Source: an uncultured Bacillota bacterium (GTDB lineage: Bacteria; Sysuimicrobiota; Sysuimicrobiia; Sysuimicrobiales; Segetimicrobiaceae). From it: DNA of 64,000 nt. How positions within the stretch are numbered: the stretch's first letter is position 1; each line of letters starts with the position of its first letter. This document shows positions 10,190 to 19,421 of this stretch, piece by piece. A program made the translations under genes and the position numbers. The stretch is from NCBI GenBank assembly GCA_963804645.1, contig CAWDRG010000009.1, positions 704,001 to 768,000 of the forward strand, read 5' to 3'. The notes under the pieces are model-generated. The model was not told the DNA's origin, did not search any database, and saw nothing but the letters and a program-made list of their open reading frames with translations.

Positions 10190-10199
10190 AGGCGGTTGA

Positions 10200-11243
10200 T
10201 TAGACGGGGCCGCCGCGCCCCCTGGACGGCGCACCCGGGCCGCCCGGCCGCCGCAGCTCCACCTGCGGGGTTAGCCCGGCGAGGATCAGATCCACCGACG
10301 ACGCGACGTTGGTGTGGACGAGCAGCAGATCGCGCTGTGAGACTTCGACGACGCTTTCGAACGTTGGAGGCTCCGTCCGCTCGAGCGCGGTGTGCCGCGC
10401 GCTTTCGCGCCGCTCGGCTTCTTCGGGCGAGAGTACGACCGGGCGCGGGCTGCCCACGAGGCACGCGAGGTCGGGGTTGAACACGACGTCGCGCAGCCGG
10501 TGGCCGTGGGCCGTCGCGACGAGTTGGACGCCGCGCCTCGCGACCGTCCGGACCACGCGCGCCTCGGCCTCGAACCCGATCTCATCCACGATGATCGCCT
10601 CAGCGCCGTGATTGACGACCGCCTGCAGAAGGATTCGAGCCTGGAGATCCTCCACCGCACCGGGGCGCGCGGTGTCGGGAAGCGGGATCTGGAGTCGCCT
10701 CGCGCGGCCGATCGCCGGGTGCGGGATTTGACCGTCCCCGCCGATCTCGTTGCTCGTATCCGCGATGACCGTGCGTCTGCCCAAGGCCCCCGAGAGAAGA
10801 TCGGCTGCGCTTCTCAGCAGGGTGGTCTTCCCCACTCCGGGTTTGCCGATCACGAGCACGCTCCCTCCGGCGCCCAACAGGTCCGCGATCGGCTGTGCCG
10901 CGCCGGGAACGGTCCGACCCGCCCGGAACGTAAACCCGACGATCTCATGGTAGCGGTCGCGGATGCAGGCGATGCGGTGCAGCGTGCGCTCGATGCCGGT
11001 GCGGTTGTCGTCCCGGAAACGGGTGACCCGCCCGAGCACGTACTGCAGGTCCTCGTGGCTGACCTCGCCGGCGAGGGTCTGGAAGCCTGTGCCGCCTCGG
11101 TACCGTACGGAGGGAGGCCTTCCGAGATCCGCTACGATCTCTTCCAGCGAGGCGGCGTCGATCGCGGGAATCTGCGCCACGATCCACCGGGGGACGAGCG
11201 CGAGCAGCCGCTCGATGTCCGCCTCATCCCGAGCTTCGCTCAC
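10200..11243 (-). CDS. Ycf45/SpoIIIAA-like P-loop ATPase lacking an R3H domain
   Basis: DLGRPP, FRDDNRTGIERTLHRIACIR, Walker A GKPGVGKTT, DTSNEIGGDGQIPHPAIG, Walker B IIVDEIG, LVATAHG. Confidence 0.9.
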   Translation of the reverse strand: MSEARDEADIERLLALVPRWIVAQIPAIDAASLEEIVADLGRPPSVRYRGGTGFQTLAGEVSHEDLQYVLGRVTRFRDDNRTGIERTLHRIACIRDRYHEIVGFTFRAGRTVPGAAQPIADLLGAGGSVLVIGKPGVGKTTLLRSAADLLSGALGRRTVIADTSNEIGGDGQIPHPAIGRARRLQIPLPDTARPGAVEDLQARILLQAVVNHGAEAIIVDEIGFEAEARVVRTVARRGVQLVATAHGHRLRDVVFNPDLACLVGSPRPVVLSPEEAERRESARHTALERTEPPTFESVVEVSQRDLLLVHTNVASSVDLILAGLTPQVELRRPGGPGAPSRGRGGPV

Positions 11244-12226
11244 GGTGCCGTGGCGGCGAGGCGGTTGACGTCCGAGAACAGCGGTTCGAAGGTGAACGGG
11301 ACCGCCGCCGCGGGATGATCGCCCGATGTCAGCGGGAACAGCGACAGCGTAACCTGCACGGAACGGGCGGTTCGAACGGACGCGTCGATCACGCCGTTCT
11401 CCGTCGCGCCGTGGGGCAGCAGCTCCGGGTGCGTGCGGTCGACACTGCCGCGCGCCATCGCGAACGGCACCAGCGTACCGTTGACGCGCACGAGCACGCC
11501 GACGGGCCGGAGCGCGACGTCAGCGTCGCCGTTGTTCGTGAGGCGATAGCGAATCGAGACGCTCACTATCGTCCGCGTCACGTCGAACACCGCCGCGATC
11601 GGCCCAACGGTCTGGGTCACTTCCAGGGACTCGGGAGCCGCCGGCCCGCCGGAAGCCGCGTCCGGATGCGCGCTCGCGTTCGCCGGCGCGGCTTGGTGTG
11701 GGCTCGACGGGGTGGCGATCGCCGCGCGCGCCGCGGTCCCCTGGCCCGCGGACGGTTGGGATGGGGCGGCGGCCGGACCTGGACGACCCGGCGCCGGTGC
11801 GCTCGCGCGCGCAGGCGGCGCTGAGCCGGCGGCATTCCCGGACCGGGTGACCACATAGACGACATCGGCGGTGCGCGGGCCCGCGGCGATCGTGAGATCC
11901 CACACCGAGGTGACGTCACCGAACCATACGACCATGTTGGTGACCCCCGCGTTCACCTGTGGCTGCAGAATCACGTCGAACACATCCTGCCCATGCTTGA
12001 CCGGGGTCGCCGTGACGAGGCGGGGATCGCCGATCGCGACCGCGTCGATCCGATGGTCGGCGCGGACGACGGTCGCGAATCCGGGCTGCAGGCGCAGCGA
12101 CGTCCGGGTGTCCGATCCGCTGACGTATACGGTTAAGGGCGGCGGGGAGGCACGGACCGTTCCTGCCGCCAGCGCGACGAGCGTCACGAGGAGCGTCCCG
12201 GCCGCGGCGCGGCGGAGCACTGTCAT
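11240..12226 (-). CDS. Secreted protein with a pilus-assembly N-terminal/VirB9-TraK-like domain, Pro/Ala linker and Ig-like C-terminus
   Basis: Signal peptide; LQPGFATVVRADHRIDAVAIGDP...GVTNMVVW; C-terminal IRYRLTNNGD...LLPHGATENGVI. Confidence 0.7.
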   Translation of the reverse strand: MTVLRRAAAGTLLVTLVALAAGTVRASPPPLTVYVSGSDTRTSLRLQPGFATVVRADHRIDAVAIGDPRLVTATPVKHGQDVFDVILQPQVNAGVTNMVVWFGDVTSVWDLTIAAGPRTADVVYVVTRSGNAAGSAPPARASAPAPGRPGPAAAPSQPSAGQGTAARAAIATPSSPHQAAPANASAHPDAASGGPAAPESLEVTQTVGPIAAVFDVTRTIVSVSIRYRLTNNGDADVALRPVGVLVRVNGTLVPFAMARGSVDRTHPELLPHGATENGVIDASVRTARSVQVTLSLFPLTSGDHPAAAVPFTFEPLFSDVNRLAATAP

Positions 12227-12588
12227 CCGCGTTCCCTGAGGAATTGCTCCATCCGCTCGGTCCCCCACTGCGAGATGTTGCGTCCCTCCATCAGCAGCTT
12301 GCTCTTGAGGCGCCGGATCTTCTCCTGCTCGAGCGGCACGGCGATCGCCGCCAGGGTGCTGCGGTCGACCCCTTTGAAGAACCGCAGCCCGCCGGTCGCG
12401 GGCGGACGTACCCGGTGCGAGGCCACCTCATCATCGACCCAGGTCCGGATGACGTCCTGCATCAGGCGGCCCTCGAGCACGAGACGCGCTCGAAACTTGC
12501 GGTGCAATTCCTTCGGGACGTGGATGCCCATCTTCGCCTCGCCGCGCGCGTCCGACTCTCGCCGGCCGTCTCGACCTCTCTCACGCAT
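12223..12588 (-). CDS. Tandem ribbon-helix-helix (ParG-like) DNA-binding protein
   Basis: Two similar units: MGIHVPKELHRKFRARLVLEGRLMQDVIRTWV and IAVPLEQEKIRRLKSKLLMEGRNISQWGTERM. Start could also be 12531 or 12612. Confidence 0.75.
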   Translation of the reverse strand: MRERGRDGRRESDARGEAKMGIHVPKELHRKFRARLVLEGRLMQDVIRTWVDDEVASHRVRPPATGGLRFFKGVDRSTLAAIAVPLEQEKIRRLKSKLLMEGRNISQWGTERMEQFLRERG

Positions 12589-12605
12589 TTCGCCACCCCC
12601 ACCGT

Positions 12606-12653
12606 GACGCATGCGTATATCCTAACATATAGACGTTTGAGCGTTCTAACAGT
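12606..12653. repeat. Six degenerate 8-bp tandem units; candidate RHH operator or centromere-like site
   Basis: gacgcatg-cgtatatc-ctaacata-tagacgtt-tgagcgtt-ctaacagt, an AT-rich patch directly upstream of the RHH gene. Confidence 0.5.
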
Positions 12654-12681
12654 TTCATGTCCCTTGGCGCGGGCCGCTGGC

Positions 12682-12978
12682 TCAGTGCAGTCCGTACGGG
12701 GATCGAACCTGAAGCTTGACGGCCACGTCGCGCAGCCGTCTCAACATGTGGTCGTGCAGCCGCGCGACCTGCGTGACGATCACCTCAGGATCCTCACCGT
12801 TTTCTGCCAGACACTCCATCATCGAACAGAAGAGCGCCTGGGGCAGACGCGTCGCGCAATCGAGCGCTTCCTCGACGGTCAGCTTCCCGGATCGTTCCGC
12901 GCCCTTGACCTGCGCCCAGAGCTTGTCGAAGAGCATGTACGCCACCTCGTCTGGGACGTCTGTGTGAGGGTTGCGCAT
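12682..12978 (-). CDS. Hypothetical alpha-helical protein
   Basis: 98-aa ORF with protein-like composition filling the intergenic space; GATAAT just upstream. Confidence 0.6.
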   Translation of the reverse strand: MRNPHTDVPDEVAYMLFDKLWAQVKGAERSGKLTVEEALDCATRLPQALFCSMMECLAENGEDPEVIVTQVARLHDHMLRRLRDVAVKLQVRSPYGLH

Positions 12979-13183
12979 GCGGCGGTCGCGCGTTGCGTCA
13001 TTATCCTAAGGGCGGAGGTCGGTTGCGGCAAGCCACGTCGCGAACATGCTCGGTTCACTCCGCTAACGTGCCGCACCATTCGCGCCGGCGGCGCCGATGT
13101 CGGCGGCGGCCGTGTAGTGTACTATTAGGCCGGGCCCCGCGTGGGGACGTTCGAGACAGACGTGATGTGAAAGAGGTGCTTGC

Positions 13184-14029
13184 ATGGATCACAGCCGCAA
13201 CCTTGTCACGCCAGCCTGGCTGGCCGCGCACGTGGCGGACCCGGCGGTCGTGATCATCGACTGCCGCTTCGACCTGACGAACCCGCGTGCCGGGCGCGAG
13301 GCGTATGACCACGCGCACATCCCCGGGGCCGTTCACTTGGACCTTGAGCGCGATCTTTCCGGACCGAAAGCGCCTCACGGCGGACGGCACCCGCTGCCGG
13401 AGATGTCCCGATTCGCCGAGAAGATCGGCCGCGTCGGCATCGACGAGCGGGTGGTGGTGGTGGCGTACGATGCGCAGAACGGGTCCTTCGCTGCGCGGCT
13501 GTGGTGGATGCTCCGCTATCTCGGGCACGATCGCGTCCAGGTGCTTAACGGTGGATGGCAGGCGTGGCAGCGGGGCGGCTTTCCGACGACCGCCGATGTC
13601 CCGACGACTATGTCGCGCAGGTTCGTGCCGAAGCTCAGGTCCGGCGTGCTGGTGGACATCGATGACCTGCGGGCTCGGCTGAAGCGTCCGGGCACGCGCC
13701 TCGTGGACTCGCGCACGCCCGAGCGCTACCGCGGGGACGTCGAACCGCTCGATCCGGTCGCCGGACACATTCCCGGGGCCGTCAACCTCCCGTGGACGGA
13801 CAACCAGGACGAGACGGGCGCGATGAAACCGGTGGAGGATCTGCGGCGGCGCTTCGCGGGCCTTCGAGAGGGAGACGCCCAGCCGATCGTCTACTGCGGA
13901 TCGGGCGTCACCGCCTGCGCGAACCTGCTCGCGATGGAGGAGGCGGGTCTTGCCGATGCCGTGCTCTATGTCGGCGGCTGGAGCGATTGGTGTTCCTATC
14001 CGGATAACCCGGTCGCGACGCGCGACTAG
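13184..14029 (+). CDS. Tandem-domain rhodanese / sulfurtransferase (SseA-like)
   Basis: HIPGAV twice, GRHPLP, AARLWWML, active-site YCGSGVTAC, LYVGGWSDW. Confidence 0.95.
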   Translation: MDHSRNLVTPAWLAAHVADPAVVIIDCRFDLTNPRAGREAYDHAHIPGAVHLDLERDLSGPKAPHGGRHPLPEMSRFAEKIGRVGIDERVVVVAYDAQNGSFAARLWWMLRYLGHDRVQVLNGGWQAWQRGGFPTTADVPTTMSRRFVPKLRSGVLVDIDDLRARLKRPGTRLVDSRTPERYRGDVEPLDPVAGHIPGAVNLPWTDNQDETGAMKPVEDLRRRFAGLREGDAQPIVYCGSGVTACANLLAMEEAGLADAVLYVGGWSDWCSYPDNPVATRD

Positions 14030-14247
14030 CGCGGCACGCCGGCCCGCACCGCGCAGCGATGGGGGCGGGACCACTCGGTGGCCCCATCCCGGTGACTGAG
14101 TGTATTCTCTCCTGACTTCTTGCGCTCGGCCGAGAGGGGTTGTCTCCGTTGATTCCGGCGCTCCGCGCCTCGCGGCCCCGAGCTGTCGGGCCAGGTCCGG
14201 ATCTATTTAGTGGCGCTCGTTCGTTCGACAGCAGAGTAAAGTTCTGT

Positions 14248-14276
14248 TTGACAACATGACCGGGTGAATATAAACT
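14248..14276 (+). promoter_or_regulatory. Sigma70-type promoter of the XRE-TPR gene
   Basis: TTGACA-17 nt-TAAACT. An imperfect inverted repeat CAGA-gtaaagt-TCTG lies immediately upstream of the -35. Confidence 0.65.
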
Positions 14277-14309
14277 CGTGCAAGAGTCTGAGCGCCGGGG
14301 GGCGCACCC

Positions 14310-15608
14310 GTGGTGTTGACGCTCGGGGAGAAGATCCGAACCGCGCGGCTCGATTGCAGGCTTACGCAGGAGCAACTGGCCGGCCGAGAGTTCACAAAAT
14401 CCTACGTCTCCGAACTTGAACGCGGCACCCGAACTCCTCGCTTGACGACTCTCAAGGTGCTTGCCAGGCGGCTCAATCGTCCCTTGTCCTATTTTCTCGA
14501 TGGCGTGCTCGAGGACCGCGAGCCTGAAGCGTTTCTTGAGATCGGCGTCGCCCACATGCACGCGGGAGCGCTGTCAGAGGCGCAGGCCTCCTTCGATCGA
14601 GCGCTCGAGCTCGCGGCGCAGCACGATGACGAGGTGCTCGAGATTCGGATCGAGCTCTCGATGACGGTTGTCGAGCGCCAGTTGGGACGCGCCGGGGCGG
14701 CATGGAAGCGGGTCAACCGGTGCATTCAGGCGCTCGGCCAGAGCGGCGACCGGGCCCTGCTGGCCCAGGCCCAGGCGCTCCTTGGGTGGCTGCGCCTCGA
14801 CGCCGGCGATGCATCCTCGGCGCTGTGGGCGTTCGAGGCGGCGCTCCAACTCGTGAAACTGCTGCCCCCCGACCCGGCCGTGCTGGCCGACCTTCACGCG
14901 GGACTCGGAGAAGCGCATCTGCAGCTCGGTCGCGGCGACGAATCCGAGCGAGCGTTCCGTGCCGCGCTCTCCACCGCGGAGCCGTACCGCGACCCGTCCC
15001 ACGTCGCATCATGGCATCTCGACCGCGCGGTCGTGGCGTCGCAGAGTGGTCACTTTGACGACGCGACCGAACAGGCCATGCGGGCCCTGGCCGTCTACCA
15101 CACGATGGCCCACAAGCGCCGTCTGGCTGGAATCCATCAAGCGCTAGGGCGGGCCGAGGCCGCGAGCGGGCGGTGGGCCGAGGCGGAACATCACTACAGG
15201 TCGAGCGTGGCGCTGCAGTGCGCGGCGGCGAACTGGCCAAAGGCGGCGGAGATTCTCGGCGTGATGGCGGAGACCGTGCTCGCCCGTACCTGGCCTGACG
15301 GCGCCCGGGCGATCGGAGAGACCGCGCTGGCGCTTCTGTCCTACGACGAAGGACACCGCGATCGGGCCGACTACCTGCGCGTGCGCGGGATGCTCTGTCG
15401 TTTGCTCGGGAAGGCCGATGAGGCGCGCACTGCGCTCGACGAGAGCCTGCGCTTGCTCGAAGCGACGGAGCGTGACCGCGAGATTGGAGTGATCCGGCTC
15501 GAGCTCGCGCTGCTGGCGATCGAGACGCGGGATCTTGACGCGGCGCGCCATCAGCTCAAGATGCTTCGCGACAGCGCGCCGCCGCACCACCCGTCGAGTG
15601 GGTTCTAA
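14310..15608 (+). CDS. XRE-family HTH plus TPR transcriptional regulator (RRNPP/NprR-like architecture)
   Basis: LGEKIRTARLDCRLTQEQLAGREFTKSYVSELERG...LARRLNRPLSYF, followed by repeated TPR-like helices. Confidence 0.9.
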   Translation: MVLTLGEKIRTARLDCRLTQEQLAGREFTKSYVSELERGTRTPRLTTLKVLARRLNRPLSYFLDGVLEDREPEAFLEIGVAHMHAGALSEAQASFDRALELAAQHDDEVLEIRIELSMTVVERQLGRAGAAWKRVNRCIQALGQSGDRALLAQAQALLGWLRLDAGDASSALWAFEAALQLVKLLPPDPAVLADLHAGLGEAHLQLGRGDESERAFRAALSTAEPYRDPSHVASWHLDRAVVASQSGHFDDATEQAMRALAVYHTMAHKRRLAGIHQALGRAEAASGRWAEAEHHYRSSVALQCAAANWPKAAEILGVMAETVLARTWPDGARAIGETALALLSYDEGHRDRADYLRVRGMLCRLLGKADEARTALDESLRLLEATERDREIGVIRLELALLAIETRDLDAARHQLKMLRDSAPPHHPSSGF

Positions 15609-15682
15609 CTTCCGCCGCCCCTTCGGGGCGGTGATCTCTCGCCCCGCGGCAGGTGCGCCGTCACGGCGCGCGCGCGGTCGTC

Positions 15683-15839
15683 TCAGAAGAACCTCCACTC
15701 CCCGTAGAGGAAGTAATAGGCGAGGACGCGAGTCAAATAGACGATCAGCCGCATGAGGACGTAGCTGATCGCCAGCAGTCCTAGAAAGAACCAAATCCGA
15801 AACTTCCACTCGGGCGCGGGGCGCCTGATCGACCGTCAC
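15683..15839 (-). pseudogene. Small membrane protein (~51 aa) with an apparent +1 frameshift
   Basis: AGAAAGG RBS then GTG. Removing one C in a C-run gives MTVDQAPAPEWKFRIWFFLGLLAISYVLMRLIVYLTRVLAYYFLYGEWRFF*. Confidence 0.5.
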
Positions 15840-16159
15840 CCAACCTTTCTTCGCGCTGGTGCCCGTACGTCAGGGTGGGCCGCGTCTCTGCGTCCGGGTG
15901 CCGATCGTTCGCGGACCGGCCGCCGGGGCTCCACGACACGGCTCTTCTGGCTCTTCGCGCGCGTTCCTGTCCGGCGCGCTGCGCCCGAGACAGGGGCGGA
16001 CCTCCACAACTTCTTCGCAGGGTCCACGTGAGTTTTGCATGAGTTTGTCGCGGGAACTTCACGGGCAGTCGCTATCGTGGTGGGCGAGGCGCAGGAGACG
16101 GTTCGCCACAGTATCCGAGGCCGCAGCCGTCGACCCGCCCCCTGAAAGGAGATGGCGTC

Positions 16160-16345
16160 ATGTTGCGGGTACGCTGCCCTGAGTGCGGAGCTGAATCCGA
16201 GGTCATGCCACAGTATGGGCACGAAGTCGTGTCGGTGTACTGCCTCAAGCATACCGGCGGAGCCGAATGCCACACCCGCCCGGTGTACATGACGCCGATC
16301 CCCGCGGTCCAGGGGGCAGCCGCGCGCGAGCCGGTGGCCGCCTAA
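16160..16345 (+). CDS. Small Zn-ribbon-like protein
   Basis: GAAAGGAG RBS; CPECG, then C..H and CH ligands. Confidence 0.75.
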   Translation: MLRVRCPECGAESEVMPQYGHEVVSVYCLKHTGGAECHTRPVYMTPIPAVQGAAAREPVAA

Positions 16346-16446
16346 CCCCGGATGCGGCGTCCGGGGCTTGGTGACGGCGCGACACGAATGCGAAGCGGCC
16401 GGCCGACCAGGTGCGCCCCGGTGGCCGGCCGCCGTGGGCGAGGACT

Positions 16447-16475
16447 TTGACAGGCGATGCTGATCTTGGGATAAT
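16447..16475 (+). promoter_or_regulatory. tRNA promoter
   Basis: TTGACA-17 nt-GATAAT, followed by a GC-rich stretch. Confidence 0.7.
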
Positions 16476-16503
16476 GTTGGGTGCTCGCGATCGCGGCGTC
16501 TGG

Positions 16504-16578
16504 GGGCGGTTAGCTCAGGGGTAGAGCGCATCCTTCACACGGATGAGGCCGCAGGTTCAAGACCTGCACCGCCCACCA
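16504..16578 (+). tRNA. tRNA-Val(CAC)
   Basis: Acceptor GGGCGGT/ACCGCCC-ACCA; anticodon arm CATCC-ttCACac-GGATG; T-arm GCAGG-TTCAAGA-CCTGC. Confidence 0.97.
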
Positions 16579-16616
16579 CACACCTCTTTGCACCGGACAT
16601 GACACGTGGAGCGACA

Positions 16617-16832
16617 ATGATCGTCCGATACGATAGCGACGCCGATGTGCTTCTTGTCAAATTGCGAGACGAGCCTCCGACCGACACTGTCGAAGAAGAA
16701 GGCGGGGTCATCATCAGCTACGGGGACAAAGGGCTCCCTGTGAGCGTGGAGTTCCTTAACGCTTCGCGGCACGGCTTTGTTCAGCGCCGGGACCCAACTG
16801 TCACGTTGGCCGGTCTAAAGGCGTCAGCGTAG
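16617..16832 (+). CDS. DUF2283-like small protein
   Basis: MIVRYDSDADVLLVKL...GVIISYGDKGLPVSVEFLNAS; GGAG RBS. Confidence 0.85.
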   Translation: MIVRYDSDADVLLVKLRDEPPTDTVEEEGGVIISYGDKGLPVSVEFLNASRHGFVQRRDPTVTLAGLKASA

Positions 16833-16846
16833 GCAACTCTTGATCT

Positions 16847-18460
16847 AATTTAGTTCGCCATGAAAAACGTGGGCGCAAACCCTTGTAAAATCTGGGTTTC
16901 CATGCGCGGTGCGAGCGCAAAATGATAGGATTCCCGACCCGAAGATCGAACTGATGCAACGGCCAAGCAACACCGATTCGACGCTCCTGGGAGGGAATCC
17001 CAATGCCGCTTCTTCGCGCTCCGGTTCCCGGCTCCTGCTCCCGAGGCCGGCCATGTTGAGGCTGCGGGACCCGCAAGGCTCGCTGTGGGATCAACTCCTC
17101 CCCGTCCAAGCGCGGACGCTGAGTGCCGAGTTGACCGCCGTGGATACGTGCTTGGCCGATGAGCGGTTCTTCGAGCCCTACCTGCAGCGCTTCAACACGC
17201 TGATCGGCCGGCCGACCGTCCGGTCGAGACGTACCTGCGCTTGATGTATCTGAAGCATCGGTACCGCCTCGGCTATGAGTCCCTGGTCAAGGAAGTCACG
17301 GACAGCCTGCACTGGCGCCGATTCTGCCATCTGGCGTTGGACGCGCCGGTGCCCGCACGCGACCACGCTGAGCAAGCTGACCCGGAAGTACGGGCCCGAC
17401 GTCGTGCACGACTTGAATCGGGCCCTGGTCCAGCGCGCTCGCGAGCACAAGCTCATGCGGTGCCGCAAACTGCGCATGGATACGACGGTGGTGCAAGCGC
17501 CCATCGACTATCCGACGGACATCGGGCTGCTGGCCGACAGTGCGCGGGTCGTGACGCGAACGGTGCGCCAGCTCCAGGCCGCGGGCGTGGCGGTGCGGAC
17601 GGGCTTGCGCTCCCGGGCCCGCAGCATCAAGCGCGCGCTGGCCACCGTCGGCCGCAGTTTGCGCATGCGGACGGACGAGGCGAAGCAGGCCGTGCTCAAG
17701 CAGACGGCCCGCGTGCTCACGGGCACGAAACAAATCGGCCGGCAGGCGGAGCGGGTGCTGCGCAACAGTCGGCACGTCGGGCAGCACATCGACGCGAAGA
17801 CGGCCGCGATGGTGAAGCGGACGCGCGTCCGGCTGCGGCGCCAACTCGAGTTGACGGCGCCGGGTCGTCACGCCAAACGCGGACGCGTCTCAAGGGGACG
17901 ACGACGATTCCGGATCGGATCGTCAGCGTGTTTGATCCCGAAGCCCGTCCCATCCGCCGCGGCAAGCTGAGCGCGAAGACGGAGTTCGGCTACAAGGCGC
18001 TGCTCACCGAGACCGAAGATCGGCTGATCACGCACTACGAAGTCCATATGCGAAATCCGGAAGACGGCAGTCTGCTGCCTGCGGCGTATGCGGGACACAC
18101 CGAGACGGTGCCGGGGACGCCACACGTCGTCGCCACCGATCGCGGGTTTGGCACCAAAGACAATGAGGCATTTCTTGAACAAGGCCGGCGTGAAGCAGCA
18201 TCAGCCTTCCCATAAAGGAAGGACGAGCGCGGCGCGCGCCGCGCATGAACGCCAACGATGGTTCCGTCGACAACAACGATGGCGCAGTGGGCAGGAAGCG
18301 ACGATCAGCCTGGGCAGCCGCAAGTATGGATGGCGATACAGTCGATTGCGCGGTCGCAGCTGGTGCCGATACGTGGATCGGGTTCGGAATTCTGGCCCAC
18401 AATCTGGACCGAATCGTGGTGTTGGGGACAACGACGATGAGCTTCAGCGCAAACGATCAC
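16847..18460 (+). mobile_element. Degenerate IS5/ISNCY-type insertion sequence (ends approximate)
   Basis: Contains a multiply frameshifted DDE transposase. Only weak end similarity: TAGTTCGCCATGAA on the left versus the reverse complement of TTCAGCGCAAACGA on the right. Confidence 0.6.
17053..18440 (+). pseudogene. DDE transposase pseudogene
   Basis: Motifs GRPT..ETYLRLMYLKHRY, RMDTTVVQAPIDYPTD, RIVSVFDPEARPIRRGK..TEFGYK, ATDRGF are spread over all three frames (shifts near 17220, 17355, 17870, 18180, 18360). Confidence 0.9.
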
Positions 18461-18615
18461 TTCCACACTGGCCGCGCGAGCGCGTGCAGGCACGATCTCG
18501 TGTTCGCCACCATTTAAGCCTCTCGGCAGAACCGTGTCGACCGGAGCACCCGAGCACGCGGGCGGATCACGTCAGCGGAATGGCTTCCGCAGTCACCGTT
18601 TGCTCGGATCCTAAC

Positions 18616-19421
18616 ATGCGGTGGAGCGGCAGCAGCTCGTTCACGCCGCGCAGGGTACGGATGTACTGGATACGCGGCGCAGTGGATCACGGCGCGTGAA
18701 CTCGCTGAACTGGAACCGGACATCGACCCAAACGTGATCGGCGACGGGCCCGTCATGTTTTTCCGCAACGAAGGGTGGCTTGACCCGGTTCCGCACACGC
18801 ACGCAATGCTCTCTGCGGCGATCCGTACGGGTGCTGCGCTCCATACTGGCTCGCGGGTGATCGAAACGCGCATTGAGTGCGGACGCGTGGTGCAGGTGAA
18901 GACCGCGTCTGGCGCGACCTTCAATACCGAGGTCGCAGTGCGCTACGCCGGACGGTGGGTCAGTGACGTGGCCCGTCTCGCCGGGGTGACGATCCCACTG
19001 GCACCGACCGTCGGGTTGCTCGTCACGACGACTCCGGCTCCCACGTGCCTCCGCCGCATCGTGCTCGTGCCCGATTGCGATCTTCGGCCCGACGGCGCCG
19101 GCCGGCTGAGGCTGCACATGGAAGACACAGACGCCGATGCTTCCGCCGGCTCAAGACCTCGTTCGCCGGGCCGCCCGGGTGCTGCAGGGGTTCGACGGAG
19201 TCAAGGCGGAAGCGGCCAGAAGCGGCATACGACCAATGCCGGTAGACCGTCACTCGGTGGTCGGGCCGATTCCGGGTGTCGACGGATACTATGTGGTGGT
19301 GACGCACAGCGCAGTGACACTGGCCGCCTTCCTCGGCCAAGCGGTGGCCGAGGAGATCGCGCATGGCCGTGTCGACGTTCACCTGACGCCCTTCCGACCG
19401 GCGAGGTTCTTTGTGGCGTAG
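18616..19421 (+). pseudogene. FAD-dependent oxidoreductase (DAO/glycine oxidase family), N-truncated and frameshifted
   Basis: LAELEPD..EGWLDP..AGRW..RPDGAG in one frame and GIRPMPVD..VVGP..THSAVTLA..FRPARF in another. No N-terminal GxGxxG. Confidence 0.85.

Noticed and set aside
14149..14259. 36-codon TTG ORF upstream of the XRE-TPR gene as a candidate signalling peptide
   Set aside because: It has no hydrophobic signal region and overlaps the promoter, so it is likely chance.
16080..16145. GC-rich leader before the Zn-ribbon gene resembling a riboswitch
   Set aside because: It lacks the conserved cores of the fluoride, c-di-GMP or other riboswitch classes I know.
17200..18370. Programmed frameshifting in the transposase
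   Set aside because: About five separate shifts with no slippery-site pattern. Decay or sequencing error is more likely.
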